64,000 nt of DNA, from positions 1 to 64,000 of the IMG/VR virus record IMGVR_UViG_3300045996_001613. The stretch is one strand, 5' to 3'. The stretch's first letter is position 1. Each line of letters begins with the position of its first letter. Both the position numbers and the translations under genes were made by a program. Under the pieces are notes generated by a model. It saw only the letters and a list, made by a program, of their open reading frames with translations. It was not told where the DNA came from and made no database searches. The DNA comes from a virus. Shown in pieces: positions 28,273-39,847 of the stretch.

Positions 28273-31200
28273 GCAAGCAGAAGATAGAGGAACTGGTTGG
28301 AGAGGTCCTGATGCACGTGCGTGCCGACCTCACCCACGCGGAGAGCAATCTGCGCCTTCTCCGCCGCCAGTCGTCCGACAACAACGTGGACTGGTTTCTC
28401 GGAAACATCACGAAGCAGGCCACCCTAGCTGCGGCATCGCTGCAGGTCATGCTCAAACAACTAGACGAGAAGGGACTGACCACCGCGGAACTTGCGGCTG
28501 CGGTCGAGGAGAGGGAGTCCTTTCAGGAGGCATTGGAGTCCAGCCCTCAGGTCACGCCCGCGATGCTGCAGGACTGGTTCGGGGACAACCCCTCTGACGG
28601 GATGGCGAAGTACGGGGATGGTGGGATCGAAATCAACCCCGATCTCGGGGCCGAGTACAAGAGTGCATTGGGGGAGCACCAAAAGGCACAGGAGGAGATC
28701 GCGAAAGCCCGGCGGTTCCTCGACGTGGAGTCCGTAGTCGGGTATTCCAACGTCAGCCAGTGCGAGGAGACGGACGAGCCCCACGAGATCGAGGCGTTGG
28801 GTGACCCGTCCAACCCGGAGGAGGTCTCCCACTAGTGGGAGACCTGATCTACTTCCCCGGCTCTGATCCGGAGGAAAGGGAGAAGCGTGCTCGCAAGCTA
28901 GAGCGTGCGCGTAACAACCTCTTGGATATCTTCGACCATCTTGGCCTCGACGAGGCGAGGGTAGAGTACCTAGAGCTACTAGAAGAGGCGAAGAAACAGC
29001 GTCTCACGATTGAGTTCTTGGAGCGCAAGCATAGGATGGTCTCCAAGAACATACACGCCTACGAGCAGGAAGAGAGAATCGTTCTCAAGTTCGACAAGAC
29101 GGGGAGGTACGTAGGGTACGTGGATAGGGACACCGGGGAATTGAAGAAACATGTACGGGAGGAGACGTGAGGCACTGCTACTGCATCGGTCGCTGCCGGT
29201 GTCGAGCAGGATGCCTCGACGTAGTGATCAGCGTAATCTTTGGACCCATCATCATCCTGTGCATTGTGCTCGGGCTGATCGAGTGGCTGTTCGGATAGGA
29301 GATTAATGGTAGATACAGTTGAGTCCACGCCGCTGACCAAGATGCTCGACGAGGGTATCACGGCGCTGACGAAGGAAGAACTGATCGGACTGTGGGGGTA
29401 CTGCCGGAAGCACGGATACACCGCGACCGCGGAGTTAGCGGTCGAGGAGATGGGGGATAGGGGGATGGAACTGTGACGAAGAAGCAGTTTTTGCTGGTGC
29501 TCTTGGTCGGCGCGATAAATGGAATGCTGCTCGGTCTGATCCTGGGCATGCTGTACACGTGGAATATCTACAACTAGGAGAGCATATGACTGAAACGAGG
29601 AAGTCGCCAAAGACGAAGTGCGACGCGACCGGATACGTGCTCGGACAGCCGATTCGCGAGACCTTTGAGCACGACACGGACACCGGGCTCAGTGCCAACA
29701 GGCAGGCAGTGCTGTGGGCTCAGGAGAAGGGCGTCTCCGTACTAGAGACCGCGAAGCCCCCGTACCGCAACAAGGACAGGAACTACTACGCGACCAACCC
29801 CTCGACAGGGAAGATGAATCGGATCTCGTTCAACAAGGCGAAGATCATTACGGCTATGATCCCAGCCATGTTCGCGGAAGAGGGTGCCGAGTCGGAGGAG
29901 GACAAGCGCCAGATCGTCGAGAGAGTGATCCGACGGGAGATCTCGGGGGTACCCGAGTAATGACGCTCCTGTTTGCGTTTATCCTTTGGTTTGCCCTGAT
30001 GTGCTGCATGGCGGGTCCGTACCTCATGCTTCTGGTATGGGCATGCAACACCGCATGGGGGAAGAGATCTCCGCAATGGGTGTGGGGTGGCTCAATAGTC
30101 GTGGGGTATCCCCTACTGATGTGCGTTGCCGCGTACGTAGCAGGCTACTGGTACGTGATGCACTCATGACCACCTTTGAGAAGCTGTACGAGATCTATGG
30201 TATCTGGCTGGCTCTGCTGTTTACGCTGTTACTCGCGGGCGCGTGGGCCATGATCGAGATGTCCAAGTGGGCCGACCGAGAGGGGAGCATCAACGCGGTG
30301 GTCGTGGTGATTGCGTACGTGGTGCTCTGCATCGCGTGCACGTACGTGATAGTGACGTTGTGGGGGTTACCTGTATGAAGCTGGTCTACTGCCGAGAGTG
30401 CCAAGACGTATTCAAGCTCACTACCAAGGAACTCCGGTTCTGCGAATGCGGAGAAAGTGCCGGCAGTTACAAGCCGGATGGACTGCATGCGCTGATCTAC
30501 GGTGCCGCGATACCCCTCGGCTTTGACAACGGATCGCTCCTACGTGCCTTGCAACAAAGAGCACCAGGGGATTTCAAGCGCCCGAGGTATGGCACGAGGT
30601 TTGAGGCGTTCGTGATCCCCCACCAGACCCCGACCGTGAATGGAGGCAGATGGACGTAATGAAGACGCCGCGGTTCCGTAAAGAAATGGAGGTCGAGATC
30701 TGCCCCTTCCAACATGGCCGAATCTGTGCCGACGAGGACATTCTGCGTCTGGATGGACGACGGGGCACGGTAACCAATGTCAAGAATCACTCCCAAGGAC
30801 AGATCGTGTATGTACACGTCGAAATGGAGAGGGCCGCGATAGCCTACCTCACCGAGATACTGAAACCCATGGTTGAAAGTCAACGGTAGTCGAGTACAAT
30901 AGGTACAAGCGTCAATAGTGGCGCAGTAGCCATGTCGTGCAAGCGACACAAGGAGGCGAACATGGCGGAAAAGGTAGCGAGCACGCGACACTTCGTGTGC
31001 TCACCGGCAGTGGCGATGGGCCTCGCGAGGACCCTAGTCACCGGACTGCGGGACGAGGTTGCGGTCAAGTGCTTCAACCGTGAGCCGCAGAAAATGGCGG
31101 AAGCCCTGATGGAGTGGGCTGAGGAGAAGCGCATCCTCAAGGGCGAAGACCCCAACGACAACCTGCTTGCGTGGGCCATGCGTGAGGGACGGGGCAAGTG

Positions 31201-32115
31201 GAACCCCGACCCTGATCGGTACCAGCGCAACGCGGATCTGGTGGCGGCGTGAGCCTATATCAGGCTCTCATGCAGGAGGCGGAGGCACAACTGGCCTCTG
31301 CCTCCTCTTCTATGGACAAGCTGGATACAGTGATGTTCTGCCTCGGTCTCGACGACGAGGACTTTGAGGAAGAGGGGTATGAGGGTCGAGGCGAAGCCGA
31401 GGATATAGCCTTGGTTCACATACGCGGGGTTCAGGGGTCTTGGGGCCGCATGCTGGATCTCTTTGAGGCCGCGGTGATGCGAAGGATAGGAGACGCCCGT
31501 GAAGAAGGCGATACACGTATCCAAGGAGAGGATCAAGGCAAACCGGAAAGCGGGGAATAACTTCCCCTTCATTCGCGTGATCGCGGCGTCCGGTCGGGAC
31601 GGCTTCGGGCACAAGGCGTACTGGAACGGGCCGACCCTGTTGAGGAACTTCGCGAACCTCCCGGATGGGGAGCAGCATGTCCACGTCGAGACGGACGCAC
31701 TGGTCTTACTCACGAACGAAATATCCGGGGAAGAGCAGGTGTTTGAGTGATCACCGAGGAGCAGTTCGGCAAGCTGCCACGCTATGTGCAGCACGAACTT
31801 GAGAAGCTACGTGCCGACGTAGCGTGGTATAAGCATAAGTACGAGGCGATCAGCGGAAAGACCTCTCGCGTGTTTGTCAACCGTCGCCTCGGCTCTGAGA
31901 ACCCCGGCAACCTACACCTGCCGGAGGACGAGAGCATCACCTTCAAGGTGGAGGACGATACACATTACGTCGGGGATGGCGCGTACATCGAGGTTGAGCT
32001 ATCGAGTAGCCGGGACCACATCGAGGTTCGTGGACGAGACGGATTGCTCACGGCCCTCGACAGCAGCAACCGCATGCGGATCTACCACGGTAGGTCCCTG
32101 ACACCACTACGCTAG
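28257..32115 (+). other. hypothetical genes (28257-28835, 28835-29170, 29586-29960, membrane proteins 29960-30169 and 30166-30378, 30375-30659, 30650-30889, 30962-31252, 31249-31560, 31499-31750, 31747-32115)
   Basis: co-oriented coupled ORFs. Confidence 0.6.
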
Positions 32116-32123
32116 GAGGCAAC

Positions 32124-33347
32124 ATGACTGACACACTCATGGCACCCGAAGACTTCCTTACTGCAGCACTATCGGAGCAGGAGAGGGAAGAGAAGAAGGA
32201 ATTGGAACTACGCCACGAGAAGCGGTTACAGAACGGGTCCGCGATCAAGAACACCCTCCCCTACAAGGCGTTCGCGGCCCTCGGCGTGGACCCCGAAGAG
32301 GTTGTGACGACCGAGGGGACCTCAGAGGTATACACCACCGGATCATTCGTGATCGAGGGCGAGCGCATGGAGGTACAGTTCAACTGCTCGTCCGGCTCCG
32401 CCATGCGCCCTTCCGTGACCTTTACCATCCTCGACGTGCGATCTGACATCAACCTCACATCAGGCGTCGAGTACTTCGAGACAAATGTTACGAGGGTGGG
32501 TCGGGCCATTGCTCGGGCTCTGGTCAACATACGCACTATCCGGGACGCGGAACGTCGGCGCAAGGTGGACGTGATCAAGAACTACATACCTCAGCGGTTG
32601 GAGAAGGACCGCAATGCGGCCCGACAGAGGTTACATGACCTGAATCAGAGGGTCGCGGACGACACGGTGGAACTGGAAGAAGATGTCAAGACGGCCCTGT
32701 TCGCCGCGATCAAGGACGAGTTTGAGACGGTGGACAACCTGTACACGCAACGGGCCAAGGCCGCGGCTCAGGTCATGCAGCTTGCCCGAGCATACGCACA
32801 GGATCTCAACCGTTACGAGGGAGAGGTATTCGCGTGGGCGTCCAACAATACGGAGAAGCTGTGGTCTCCGTGGTCGGCACTCAAGATCGAGTACACCAAG
32901 GTCGCGGCCAACCTTGCATTCCCGGAGTTCTACAACGAGTACGAGGAGTTTCCCAACCTTGAACTAACCGACGAGATAGTGGTCCTGCCCGAGAAGGCGA
33001 ACGGCTGGTATCAGGAGATCAACTCCTACGGAGAGGTCAAGCTGATAGACGTACACGGGATCGTCAAGACCGAGCCTCTGAAATTCTCTGCCCCGTCCAC
33101 AGACCGGAAGCTGAGGTTCCACCAGACGTACAAGTGCTCGACTCCGGGTCGGACCTACTACGTGAACGTTCCACCCCTCGTCGAGGAAGAACCGACCGAG
33201 GTCCCCGTTGCTCCGGTCAACTGGCGGGAGAGGGTAGACATTGTAGACCTGTCGTCCATGCCCGACGAGACGATAGACTCGATCTACTCCGCGGGTGGCA
33301 ATAGGATCATAGAGGTTCTACGCAACGCTCTGGTCTACTGGCTGTAA
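32124..33347 (+). CDS. 407-aa hypothetical protein
   Basis: long ORF with AGGAGG RBS; no recognised motif. Confidence 0.75.
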   Translation: MTDTLMAPEDFLTAALSEQEREEKKELELRHEKRLQNGSAIKNTLPYKAFAALGVDPEEVVTTEGTSEVYTTGSFVIEGERMEVQFNCSSGSAMRPSVTFTILDVRSDINLTSGVEYFETNVTRVGRAIARALVNIRTIRDAERRRKVDVIKNYIPQRLEKDRNAARQRLHDLNQRVADDTVELEEDVKTALFAAIKDEFETVDNLYTQRAKAAAQVMQLARAYAQDLNRYEGEVFAWASNNTEKLWSPWSALKIEYTKVAANLAFPEFYNEYEEFPNLELTDEIVVLPEKANGWYQEINSYGEVKLIDVHGIVKTEPLKFSAPSTDRKLRFHQTYKCSTPGRTYYVNVPPLVEEEPTEVPVAPVNWRERVDIVDLSSMPDETIDSIYSAGGNRIIEVLRNALVYWL

Positions 33348-33398
33348 ACAAAGTAGCGTTTACGCTACAATGGTAGCAGTCAATAGACAGGAGACAGT

Positions 33399-33641
33399 AT
33401 GCACAAGAGAACGCTACCCTCTCTGGCCGAATTTATAGGGGTTACGAAGCAGAGGGTGCACAAGCTGAAGGACGAAGGGCGTATACCTAGCGCCGTGCAG
33501 GGAGTTGGCGGCAGATATACGGTAGATTGGGACCCACAGATTTTGCGTGGAAATCGCGAGCGTCCGGGTCCTGTGACCGAGTTCATCAAAGATTGGGAGA
33601 TGCGTAATAGCGTATCCCCGGAGGACAACACACTCACATGA
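33399..33641 (+). CDS. HTH DNA-binding protein
   Basis: LAEFIGVTKQRVHKL...GRIP. Confidence 0.7.
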   Translation: MHKRTLPSLAEFIGVTKQRVHKLKDEGRIPSAVQGVGGRYTVDWDPQILRGNRERPGPVTEFIKDWEMRNSVSPEDNTLT

Positions 33642-34048
33642 GCGTCGCACATATGATCATCGCCTCGGCGGGGTTAGGAATAACATTCGCATTCCTAACC
33701 CTGATCTCTTGGTACGTGATCACCACGGAGAGGTTCCGCCTCGACTTACGGTACAGACTCACCAAGTTCAAGCTCAAGTTGAAGTTTAAGAGGGATGAAG
33801 TCACCTGCGTTATATGCGGAGGCAAGGGTACATATCCCGCGGACGGGGCGTTCGGTAAGATCCAAGTCGAGTGCACCCGATGCGATGGCGATGGGTTCGC
33901 ATACGTCTACACCTACCGCTTCAAGTGGTGGACACCGTCCGACTCTGAGGGATTCCACGCGGACCAGGATCTCGTCGAAGCCGTGCTCGGGAAGTCCTCG
34001 GAGCACGTCATGACTAAAGAGATGGCTGAAGCAACGAGGGAGAGGTAG
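33638..34048 (+). CDS. membrane protein with DnaJ-type Zn finger
   Basis: TM helix; CxxCxGxG twice. Confidence 0.65.
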   Translation: MSVAHMIIASAGLGITFAFLTLISWYVITTERFRLDLRYRLTKFKLKLKFKRDEVTCVICGGKGTYPADGAFGKIQVECTRCDGDGFAYVYTYRFKWWTPSDSEGFHADQDLVEAVLGKSSEHVMTKEMAEATRER

Positions 34049-34522
34049 CGATGCAACAGACGCAGATGCTTCGACTCTACATGAAGTCAGGGAACATCGT
34101 CGAGATACCCGCGGCAGACTGGCACCTAGAGGGGAGCGTGGAGGGCTTGTTTAGGCTCAGGTGGGAGGTCTCGGACGATTCCGCTGAGAACCCCCTGCTG
34201 ACCAAGCTGATATGGGTGTCCCTGCCAGATATCGAAGCCGTAGTGGTACAGGATGTATCGTGACCTCCATGACACTGCGCCGTAACGGTAAGTGGCTCAC
34301 CCTACAGGCTCCCATCCCCTTCCACACACCCCACTTTACCGTTGACTGGTGCAAGAAGATCGCGTATACTATGCGTCAACGGAAGGCGTCCAGAGAAAGG
34401 ATAGAAGAGGCATTGCGGAAGTACGAGGTAGAGGACCCCGATACGCAATGGGGCGTCGGGGAAGACACTATCCAGCGCATACTTGAAGAGGTATGCCCCA
34501 CCCCGAAGGAGGAGCAGACTCT

Positions 34523-34933
34523 ATGGTAGAAGACTACCCACGTCTGACCCCGGCACGCATCGTTTCGACGCTGAACGATCACCCCCACATCTACCTTTCA
34601 GGCAGTGTGTGGCACGAGAGGTATAAGGGGGACGGCGACCGCAAGGACGATATCCGGCTTGGCCCGGTTAGCTTCCTTCTCGCCTCGGAGAAGGGGTTGA
34701 CCAGCGTGGTCGAGGTATACGCGGGCTCCGCAGGGGTTCCCGCGTATGTAAGAGAGAGGGTGTCCCGTCTTTTAGGCACCCCAGAGGACTACCTAAAGGG
34801 ACTCCTTGATGGGTTCGTTGATCCAGACGGACAGTTCGATCTAATGTGGGGAGACTATGCGATAGGGTTTATCGACGGCAATGTGGCCGCGGACCTGATC
34901 GAAGGCATAGACCCCGAACGGGAGGCAAGTTAA
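34523..34933 (+). CDS. hypothetical protein, paralogue of 11540-11899
   Basis: shared motifs. Confidence 0.6.
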   Translation: MVEDYPRLTPARIVSTLNDHPHIYLSGSVWHERYKGDGDRKDDIRLGPVSFLLASEKGLTSVVEVYAGSAGVPAYVRERVSRLLGTPEDYLKGLLDGFVDPDGQFDLMWGDYAIGFIDGNVAADLIEGIDPEREAS

Positions 34934-35412
34934 TGGAATACGTCACGAGTGTGGTGCTCGGAGAAGAGTACGAGTACAAACCGCTGAACATCAAGGGTAT
35001 CGCGAACGGCGTCAGCTTCTTCCAGCACGGCTGCGACCGCGTAGGGTTGGAGTACAACAACAGCGGTAGCATCGAGTTCATCGGCGTGGACGCTCTGTCC
35101 CTTGAGCCGAAGGACAACTCGACCTACGTCTCGGATGTAGTGGTCGGCAAGGAGTACAAGGACAAGCAGACCTCGATCAAGGGCATCGTTACAGCCCTCA
35201 CCTTCTACCAGCACGGGCAGGAGAGGGCTGAGTTGGAGTGGACCCACAAGGGAGAGGTCAAGACCGCGACGTTCGACGTCGAGCGTTTAGAGGGCAAGCC
35301 CGAGCAGTCTTCCATCTTCGGGCCGCGAAGTGAGCCGGTCTCTTCTCCGAAGTCAGGTGGTCCCGGACGCGGCGTGTCCAATGTCCGCCGCGGCGCAATC
35401 ACAAGGAGGTAG
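34933..35412 (+). CDS. protein with two tandem copies of a small beta domain
   Basis: YV..VV.G.EY......IKGI.....F.QHG..R..LE twice. Confidence 0.65.
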   Translation: MEYVTSVVLGEEYEYKPLNIKGIANGVSFFQHGCDRVGLEYNNSGSIEFIGVDALSLEPKDNSTYVSDVVVGKEYKDKQTSIKGIVTALTFYQHGQERAELEWTHKGEVKTATFDVERLEGKPEQSSIFGPRSEPVSSPKSGGPGRGVSNVRRGAITRR

Positions 35413-35414
35413 CA

Positions 35415-36086
35415 GTGCGCTACGCATTCTTCGGAAAGATGGGAAGCGGTAAGACTACCGCTGCTCAGTACCTCGTAGAGGAGCACGGCTTCAAACGCGT
35501 ATCCTTTGCGTCTCCTCTCAAGAAGATAGGAGAGCTAAAGGACATTCTCGTCCCCGACATGTACTACGATTGGCTGTACAAGTGGGCGATGGACCTTCTG
35601 CCCGACCGGGTATACGGCATGCATTTTACCGGATGGATGGAGGGTAAAAGCACGCGGGAGTGGCTAGTGGATAGGTGGATCGAGGACTTCCAAGAGTCCA
35701 AGGACACACGTGAACTACTCCAACGCATCGGCACCGACTCCGGTCGGAAGGCCAACCCGGAGATCTGGATCAACTACTTCGCGAGACACCTGCCTGATGG
35801 CAACCTCGTGGTAGATGATCTCAGGTTCCTCAACGAGGCGCAGGCACTCCGGGACCTGTCGTTCAAGCTGATCAAGCTAGAGCAGCCCGAAGAGGATCGC
35901 GTCGTACGCCTCGCGACGAGGGACGGGTTCTTCGACCCGGCTACGCAGGGCCACGCCAGCGAGACAGAGTTGTCCAACATCGAGGCCGACGCAGCCATCT
36001 TCAATGACAGGTACCTCGACCTCGACCAGTTCCATGCCGTGCTGGACGAGTTGGTACGGACCCGTCACGTACACGTTGGGGCCTAA
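35415..36086 (+). CDS. deoxynucleoside monophosphate kinase
   Basis: GKMGSGKTT, SFA.PLK, RELLQRIGTD, DLRF.NE, H.SE. Confidence 0.9.
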   Translation: MRYAFFGKMGSGKTTAAQYLVEEHGFKRVSFASPLKKIGELKDILVPDMYYDWLYKWAMDLLPDRVYGMHFTGWMEGKSTREWLVDRWIEDFQESKDTRELLQRIGTDSGRKANPEIWINYFARHLPDGNLVVDDLRFLNEAQALRDLSFKLIKLEQPEEDRVVRLATRDGFFDPATQGHASETELSNIEADAAIFNDRYLDLDQFHAVLDELVRTRHVHVGA

Positions 36087-36087
36087 C

Positions 36088-36711
36088 ATGCACATCCTAG
36101 GGATGGACATAGACAGCACAATCTGGGACTCCACCCTGTTCTATCACGACGCTCTTGAGGACATGGGTTATCCGAGGCTGTCACACGAGGACTTCATCTC
36201 ATGGGACTACCACTTCGACCGCTTTCCTCGCGAGGTAGTGTTGGAGATGTTTCGCCGTGCTCTCGATCCGAGCCGTCTGGACGAACGCCCCCTCTATCCC
36301 CATGTAGTAGAGGCGATACGTACGCTACGTGAAGACGTAGGGGTACAGATACACTTCATCACCCACAACGCGGAGCCTGACGCTCTGCGTACGCCGCTAA
36401 AGAAATGGCTCGCGGGGCGATTTGGGGGAGACGTGGGCCTCAGTACGTTCCACTTAAAGACGCCCAAGCTGCGTAAGCTGAACCAACTTGGGGCATTTGG
36501 CATGGTAGACGACAAGCCCGCATTCGCGGTCGAGGTCGCGGACGCGGGTCTCTGGTCCGCGTCCAAGGTACATCCGTACAACAAAGACGTTGTGCTGAAG
36601 GACGACAGGATCTTCGCCTTTAACGATTGGAGGGAGGTACCGTATGCGGTAGCACTCGCGATTGAGGGACGTGCGATACAGCAACTACAGACCATAGGAG
36701 GTCGAACATGA
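36088..36711 (+). CDS. HAD-family 5'(3')-deoxyribonucleotidase
   Basis: DIDST, IT, VDDKP, HPYN. Confidence 0.8.
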   Translation: MHILGMDIDSTIWDSTLFYHDALEDMGYPRLSHEDFISWDYHFDRFPREVVLEMFRRALDPSRLDERPLYPHVVEAIRTLREDVGVQIHFITHNAEPDALRTPLKKWLAGRFGGDVGLSTFHLKTPKLRKLNQLGAFGMVDDKPAFAVEVADAGLWSASKVHPYNKDVVLKDDRIFAFNDWREVPYAVALAIEGRAIQQLQTIGGRT

Positions 36712-37079
36712 GCACGACATTGACGACAGAGATAGAGGCGCAGGGGCTCGTCGCGGATACCGCGAGGGTCCTGGACTCGGTGAACGACGGATGGTGGAGG
36801 CGCATGAAGGACACGGGTCCGGGGTTCTCCGTCTTCTCCGCGGATAACTGCCCCTTACAGCAGATCTACGGAAGCTACATAGTAGGCCGCGAGGTACTGG
36901 AGGAGCAGCACGGCGTAGATCCGTCCCTGCTGCAGGGCACCGTATGTGCGCATTATGAAGATCCGTGGTTCGTCGAAGCGTGGCGCGAGGAGATCGCCAA
37001 GCGCAACAAAGAAGACGAGGTTCACGCGCTTACCACCGAGGAGGCGGAGGAACGCGAACTAGTCCTCGCGACTAGATAA
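36708..37079 (+). CDS. hypothetical protein
   Basis: 123 aa coupled ORF. Confidence 0.6.
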   Translation: MSTTLTTEIEAQGLVADTARVLDSVNDGWWRRMKDTGPGFSVFSADNCPLQQIYGSYIVGREVLEEQHGVDPSLLQGTVCAHYEDPWFVEAWREEIAKRNKEDEVHALTTEEAEERELVLATR

Positions 37080-37166
37080 TACGATAGCCGATAGTTAGTG
37101 GGGTCGGGGGCTTGGTCGCCCCGCAACAGCCGACCCCACTGCTTTAGCGATCCATAAAGGAGGACC

Positions 37167-37844
37167 GTGGCTTCTGAGGGGTACTACACCAAATTCTCGA
37201 ACTACGTCTTCGATCACATCATGCCCGAGTTGAGCCCCGCGGCTTTCAAGGTACTGATGTTCATCATACGCAGGACCCTCGGCTGGAGAAAGGAGTGCGA
37301 CGAGATCTCCTATTCTCAGTTCATGGAGGGCACCGGCATCGGATCGGAGCACACCATCAAGAAGGCTATAGACGAACTAGATAGCAAGGGCTACATCAAG
37401 GTAGACCGCGACCGGGGTGTGAGTAATTTCTACTCAATTAATACTCAAGTTTTGAGTGTCACGACCACTGTAGAAAGTGCAGAGGATACCACTGCACAAA
37501 GTGCAGAGGATGGCGGGGGGACCTCTGCAGAAAGTGCAGACACAAAAGAAAGTGGTAGGAAACCTTCGGTTTCCAACGATGAAGACATAGCTGTGACCGA
37601 GTTGCAGCGATGCGATAAGTTCCCCGATGAATACAAACCCAACATCCAGATGATCAGGCGCATTGCAAAGGATTACCCAAAGGTGAACGTAATCATGGCC
37701 GTGTCCTCCGCGGTCAACGCGATAGACGAGGGGGAAAAAGTACGTAGTCCCTACGGATTCCTGCGGTATTATTTCAAGAGAGAAGATGCGCTAAGAAAGA
37801 AATCATGGGAGGAACAGTACGCTGATGCAAACATCGTCAACTAA
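37167..37844 (+). CDS. replication initiator (lambda O-like winged HTH)
   Basis: GYYTKFSN, KVLMFIIRRT.GW, ISYSQF...TG; upstream of helicase. Confidence 0.85.
   Translation: MASEGYYTKFSNYVFDHIMPELSPAAFKVLMFIIRRTLGWRKECDEISYSQFMEGTGIGSEHTIKKAIDELDSKGYIKVDRDRGVSNFYSINTQVLSVTTTVESAEDTTAQSAEDGGGTSAESADTKESGRKPSVSNDEDIAVTELQRCDKFPDEYKPNIQMIRRIAKDYPKVNVIMAVSSAVNAIDEGEKVRSPYGFLRYYFKREDALRKKSWEEQYADANIVN
37464..37540. repeat. three iterons, probable replication origin
   Basis: ACCWCTGYASAAAGTGCAGA three times inside the initiator gene. Confidence 0.75.
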
Positions 37845-37849
37845 CTGCT

Positions 37850-39166
37850 ATGCCTGATCGACCCTCGTTCCGCCACAACCTAGACGCCGAAGACTACATC
37901 CTCGGAGCCATGATCACCAATCAGGGTATCCGCAAGCAGGCACTATCGGAGATGACACCCAAGGACTTCTACTCCGAGCAGAACCGCAACATCTTCATCG
38001 CCCTCACCGGACTGCATCAGTCCTCTCCGACCGTATCCGGTTGGGTAAACCCGAGAGATCTGGCCCTCGACAGCGTAGACGCGAGGAAGGTTGCGAACCT
38101 CATGGCCGCAGAGCCCTCGACGATCCGGTGGCGCGACTCCATGCAAGAGGTACGGCGACTCTCACAGATCCGGGATCTGGCTACCAATATGGCCGGTCTC
38201 AGCAAGGCGCTGATGGAGGAGGAGGACCCCGAGGCCATCGCGTCACGCTTCATGGGTACCCTAGAGGGACTGTTGTCCGGATCGCTGGCGCAGGGTGCCG
38301 AACACATATCAACGAAAACGCCGGCCTTTCTTGAGATTGCCAAGGAGGTACGAGAGAAGAAGGGACTCGTCGGCATACCCTCTCGTTTGCCTATACTCGA
38401 TAGGCATCTTCGGGGCTTCCGTCAAGGACACAACGTAGTGGTAGGAGCCCGCAGCGGACACGGCAAGACCACGCTCGCGACCACCATCGTCAAGAACGTC
38501 GCCTTACAGGGATACCGAGTGCTCGTGCAGTCTACGGAAATGACCCACGAGCAGTACATCGAACTCTTGGCCTGCGCCCATGCCAACGTATCCGAGCAGC
38601 AGTGGCAAGATGGCGAGATCAATGACGCCAAGTGGCGGCAGATCGAGAAGGCCACCGAGAAGCTAAATGACCTAGCCATCTATACCGACGACTACGCAGG
38701 AGCCACGCCCGACATGCTACGTCGCAACATCGTACGTGTGCAGCCTGACCTCGTGGTCATAGACTACCTACAGCGCATGAAGCTACCCCATACCCTCCGC
38801 GGACGGAGTGAGTACGAGGATGTCAGTACCCTGTCACTGGAAGTGGATCGGCTGAAGGGGATCTACAATGTGCCGCTGATCACCGTAGTGCAGTTGAGCC
38901 GCAAGTCGGAGGACCGCGATGATCACAGGCCCAGGATTTCCGATATCCGTTCCTCGGGACAGATCGAGCAGGATGCGAACACCATCCTACTGCTACATCG
39001 TCCGTCCAAGTATGACGAGGATGCGCCCTCTGATATGTCCATGCTGGAATGTGTGAAGAATCGCAGAGGTGCAGAGGACTGGACGATAAAGTTATACAAG
39101 CCCGGAGGCGTGCCGTTCTTGACCGACGATAAGGGAAGGGGTGTAGGGTATGGCGCTGAGTATTAA
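37850..39166 (+). CDS. dnaB: replicative DNA helicase
   Basis: GARSGHGKT, STEM, IDYLQ, QLSR, SGQIEQDA, KNRRG. Confidence 0.95.
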   Translation: MPDRPSFRHNLDAEDYILGAMITNQGIRKQALSEMTPKDFYSEQNRNIFIALTGLHQSSPTVSGWVNPRDLALDSVDARKVANLMAAEPSTIRWRDSMQEVRRLSQIRDLATNMAGLSKALMEEEDPEAIASRFMGTLEGLLSGSLAQGAEHISTKTPAFLEIAKEVREKKGLVGIPSRLPILDRHLRGFRQGHNVVVGARSGHGKTTLATTIVKNVALQGYRVLVQSTEMTHEQYIELLACAHANVSEQQWQDGEINDAKWRQIEKATEKLNDLAIYTDDYAGATPDMLRRNIVRVQPDLVVIDYLQRMKLPHTLRGRSEYEDVSTLSLEVDRLKGIYNVPLITVVQLSRKSEDRDDHRPRISDIRSSGQIEQDANTILLLHRPSKYDEDAPSDMSMLECVKNRRGAEDWTIKLYKPGGVPFLTDDKGRGVGYGAEY

Positions 39167-39413
39167 GATAGACCCACAGGAGGTATGGAGTAGGATCTAT
39201 GAGGAGTACTGGCGCAAGTTCTCCGAGATATCCGACGTCTCCCTTGTAGAAGACGAGGACCTACAAGGGGCAATGAGGGACGCGATGATGTCCATGACAC
39301 CCGAGTGGAAGGGAATAGAGACGCACGAGGATCTGGCCTCGACGATCTTCGACACGAGAGAAGTGATGGAGTTGACACTGAAGACGCAAAGGAGTAAGCG
39401 GCATGCGAGTTAA
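39150..39413 (+). CDS. hypothetical protein
   Basis: 87 aa coupled ORF. Confidence 0.5.
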   Translation: MALSIKIDPQEVWSRIYEEYWRKFSEISDVSLVEDEDLQGAMRDAMMSMTPEWKGIETHEDLASTIFDTREVMELTLKTQRSKRHAS

Positions 39414-39783
39414 GCCACACCTGAAGTACAACGACACGCAGGCAAGGTGCTCGTCCTGCAAACAGTGGAAGGATCACGACTGCTTCTACCAGCGACACAT
39501 AGGCGACACCGGACCTCCCGTATGGCCGCGGTGCAAGAAGTGCCGGGGCGTCGAGGAGGGCAAGTACCGTCCTAGCAAGAAGGATGCACAGAAGCCTAGT
39601 CCGGGTCTATGCGCGAATGGGACAGACTGCGTATGGTTTGAGCAGTTGGAGCAGCCAGCCCCCCTGCGTAAAACGGGTCGAGTGCACAACGTATGCGAGT
39701 CCTGCAACAGCCGCCGCATAGAAGGAGATGTCGCGAAGGCGCAGGAGAAAGCAGAGAAGGCTAAAAGGGCACAAAGGTATTGA
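39403..39783 (+). CDS. Zn-finger protein
   Basis: multiple CxxC. Confidence 0.6.
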   Translation: MRVKPHLKYNDTQARCSSCKQWKDHDCFYQRHIGDTGPPVWPRCKKCRGVEEGKYRPSKKDAQKPSPGLCANGTDCVWFEQLEQPAPLRKTGRVHNVCESCNSRRIEGDVAKAQEKAEKAKRAQRY

Positions 39784-39847
39784 GTAAAGGCGGAGTCAAT
39801 GGTATAATGCTCTGCATGGTACGAAGCGACAGAAAGGATTACGCACT

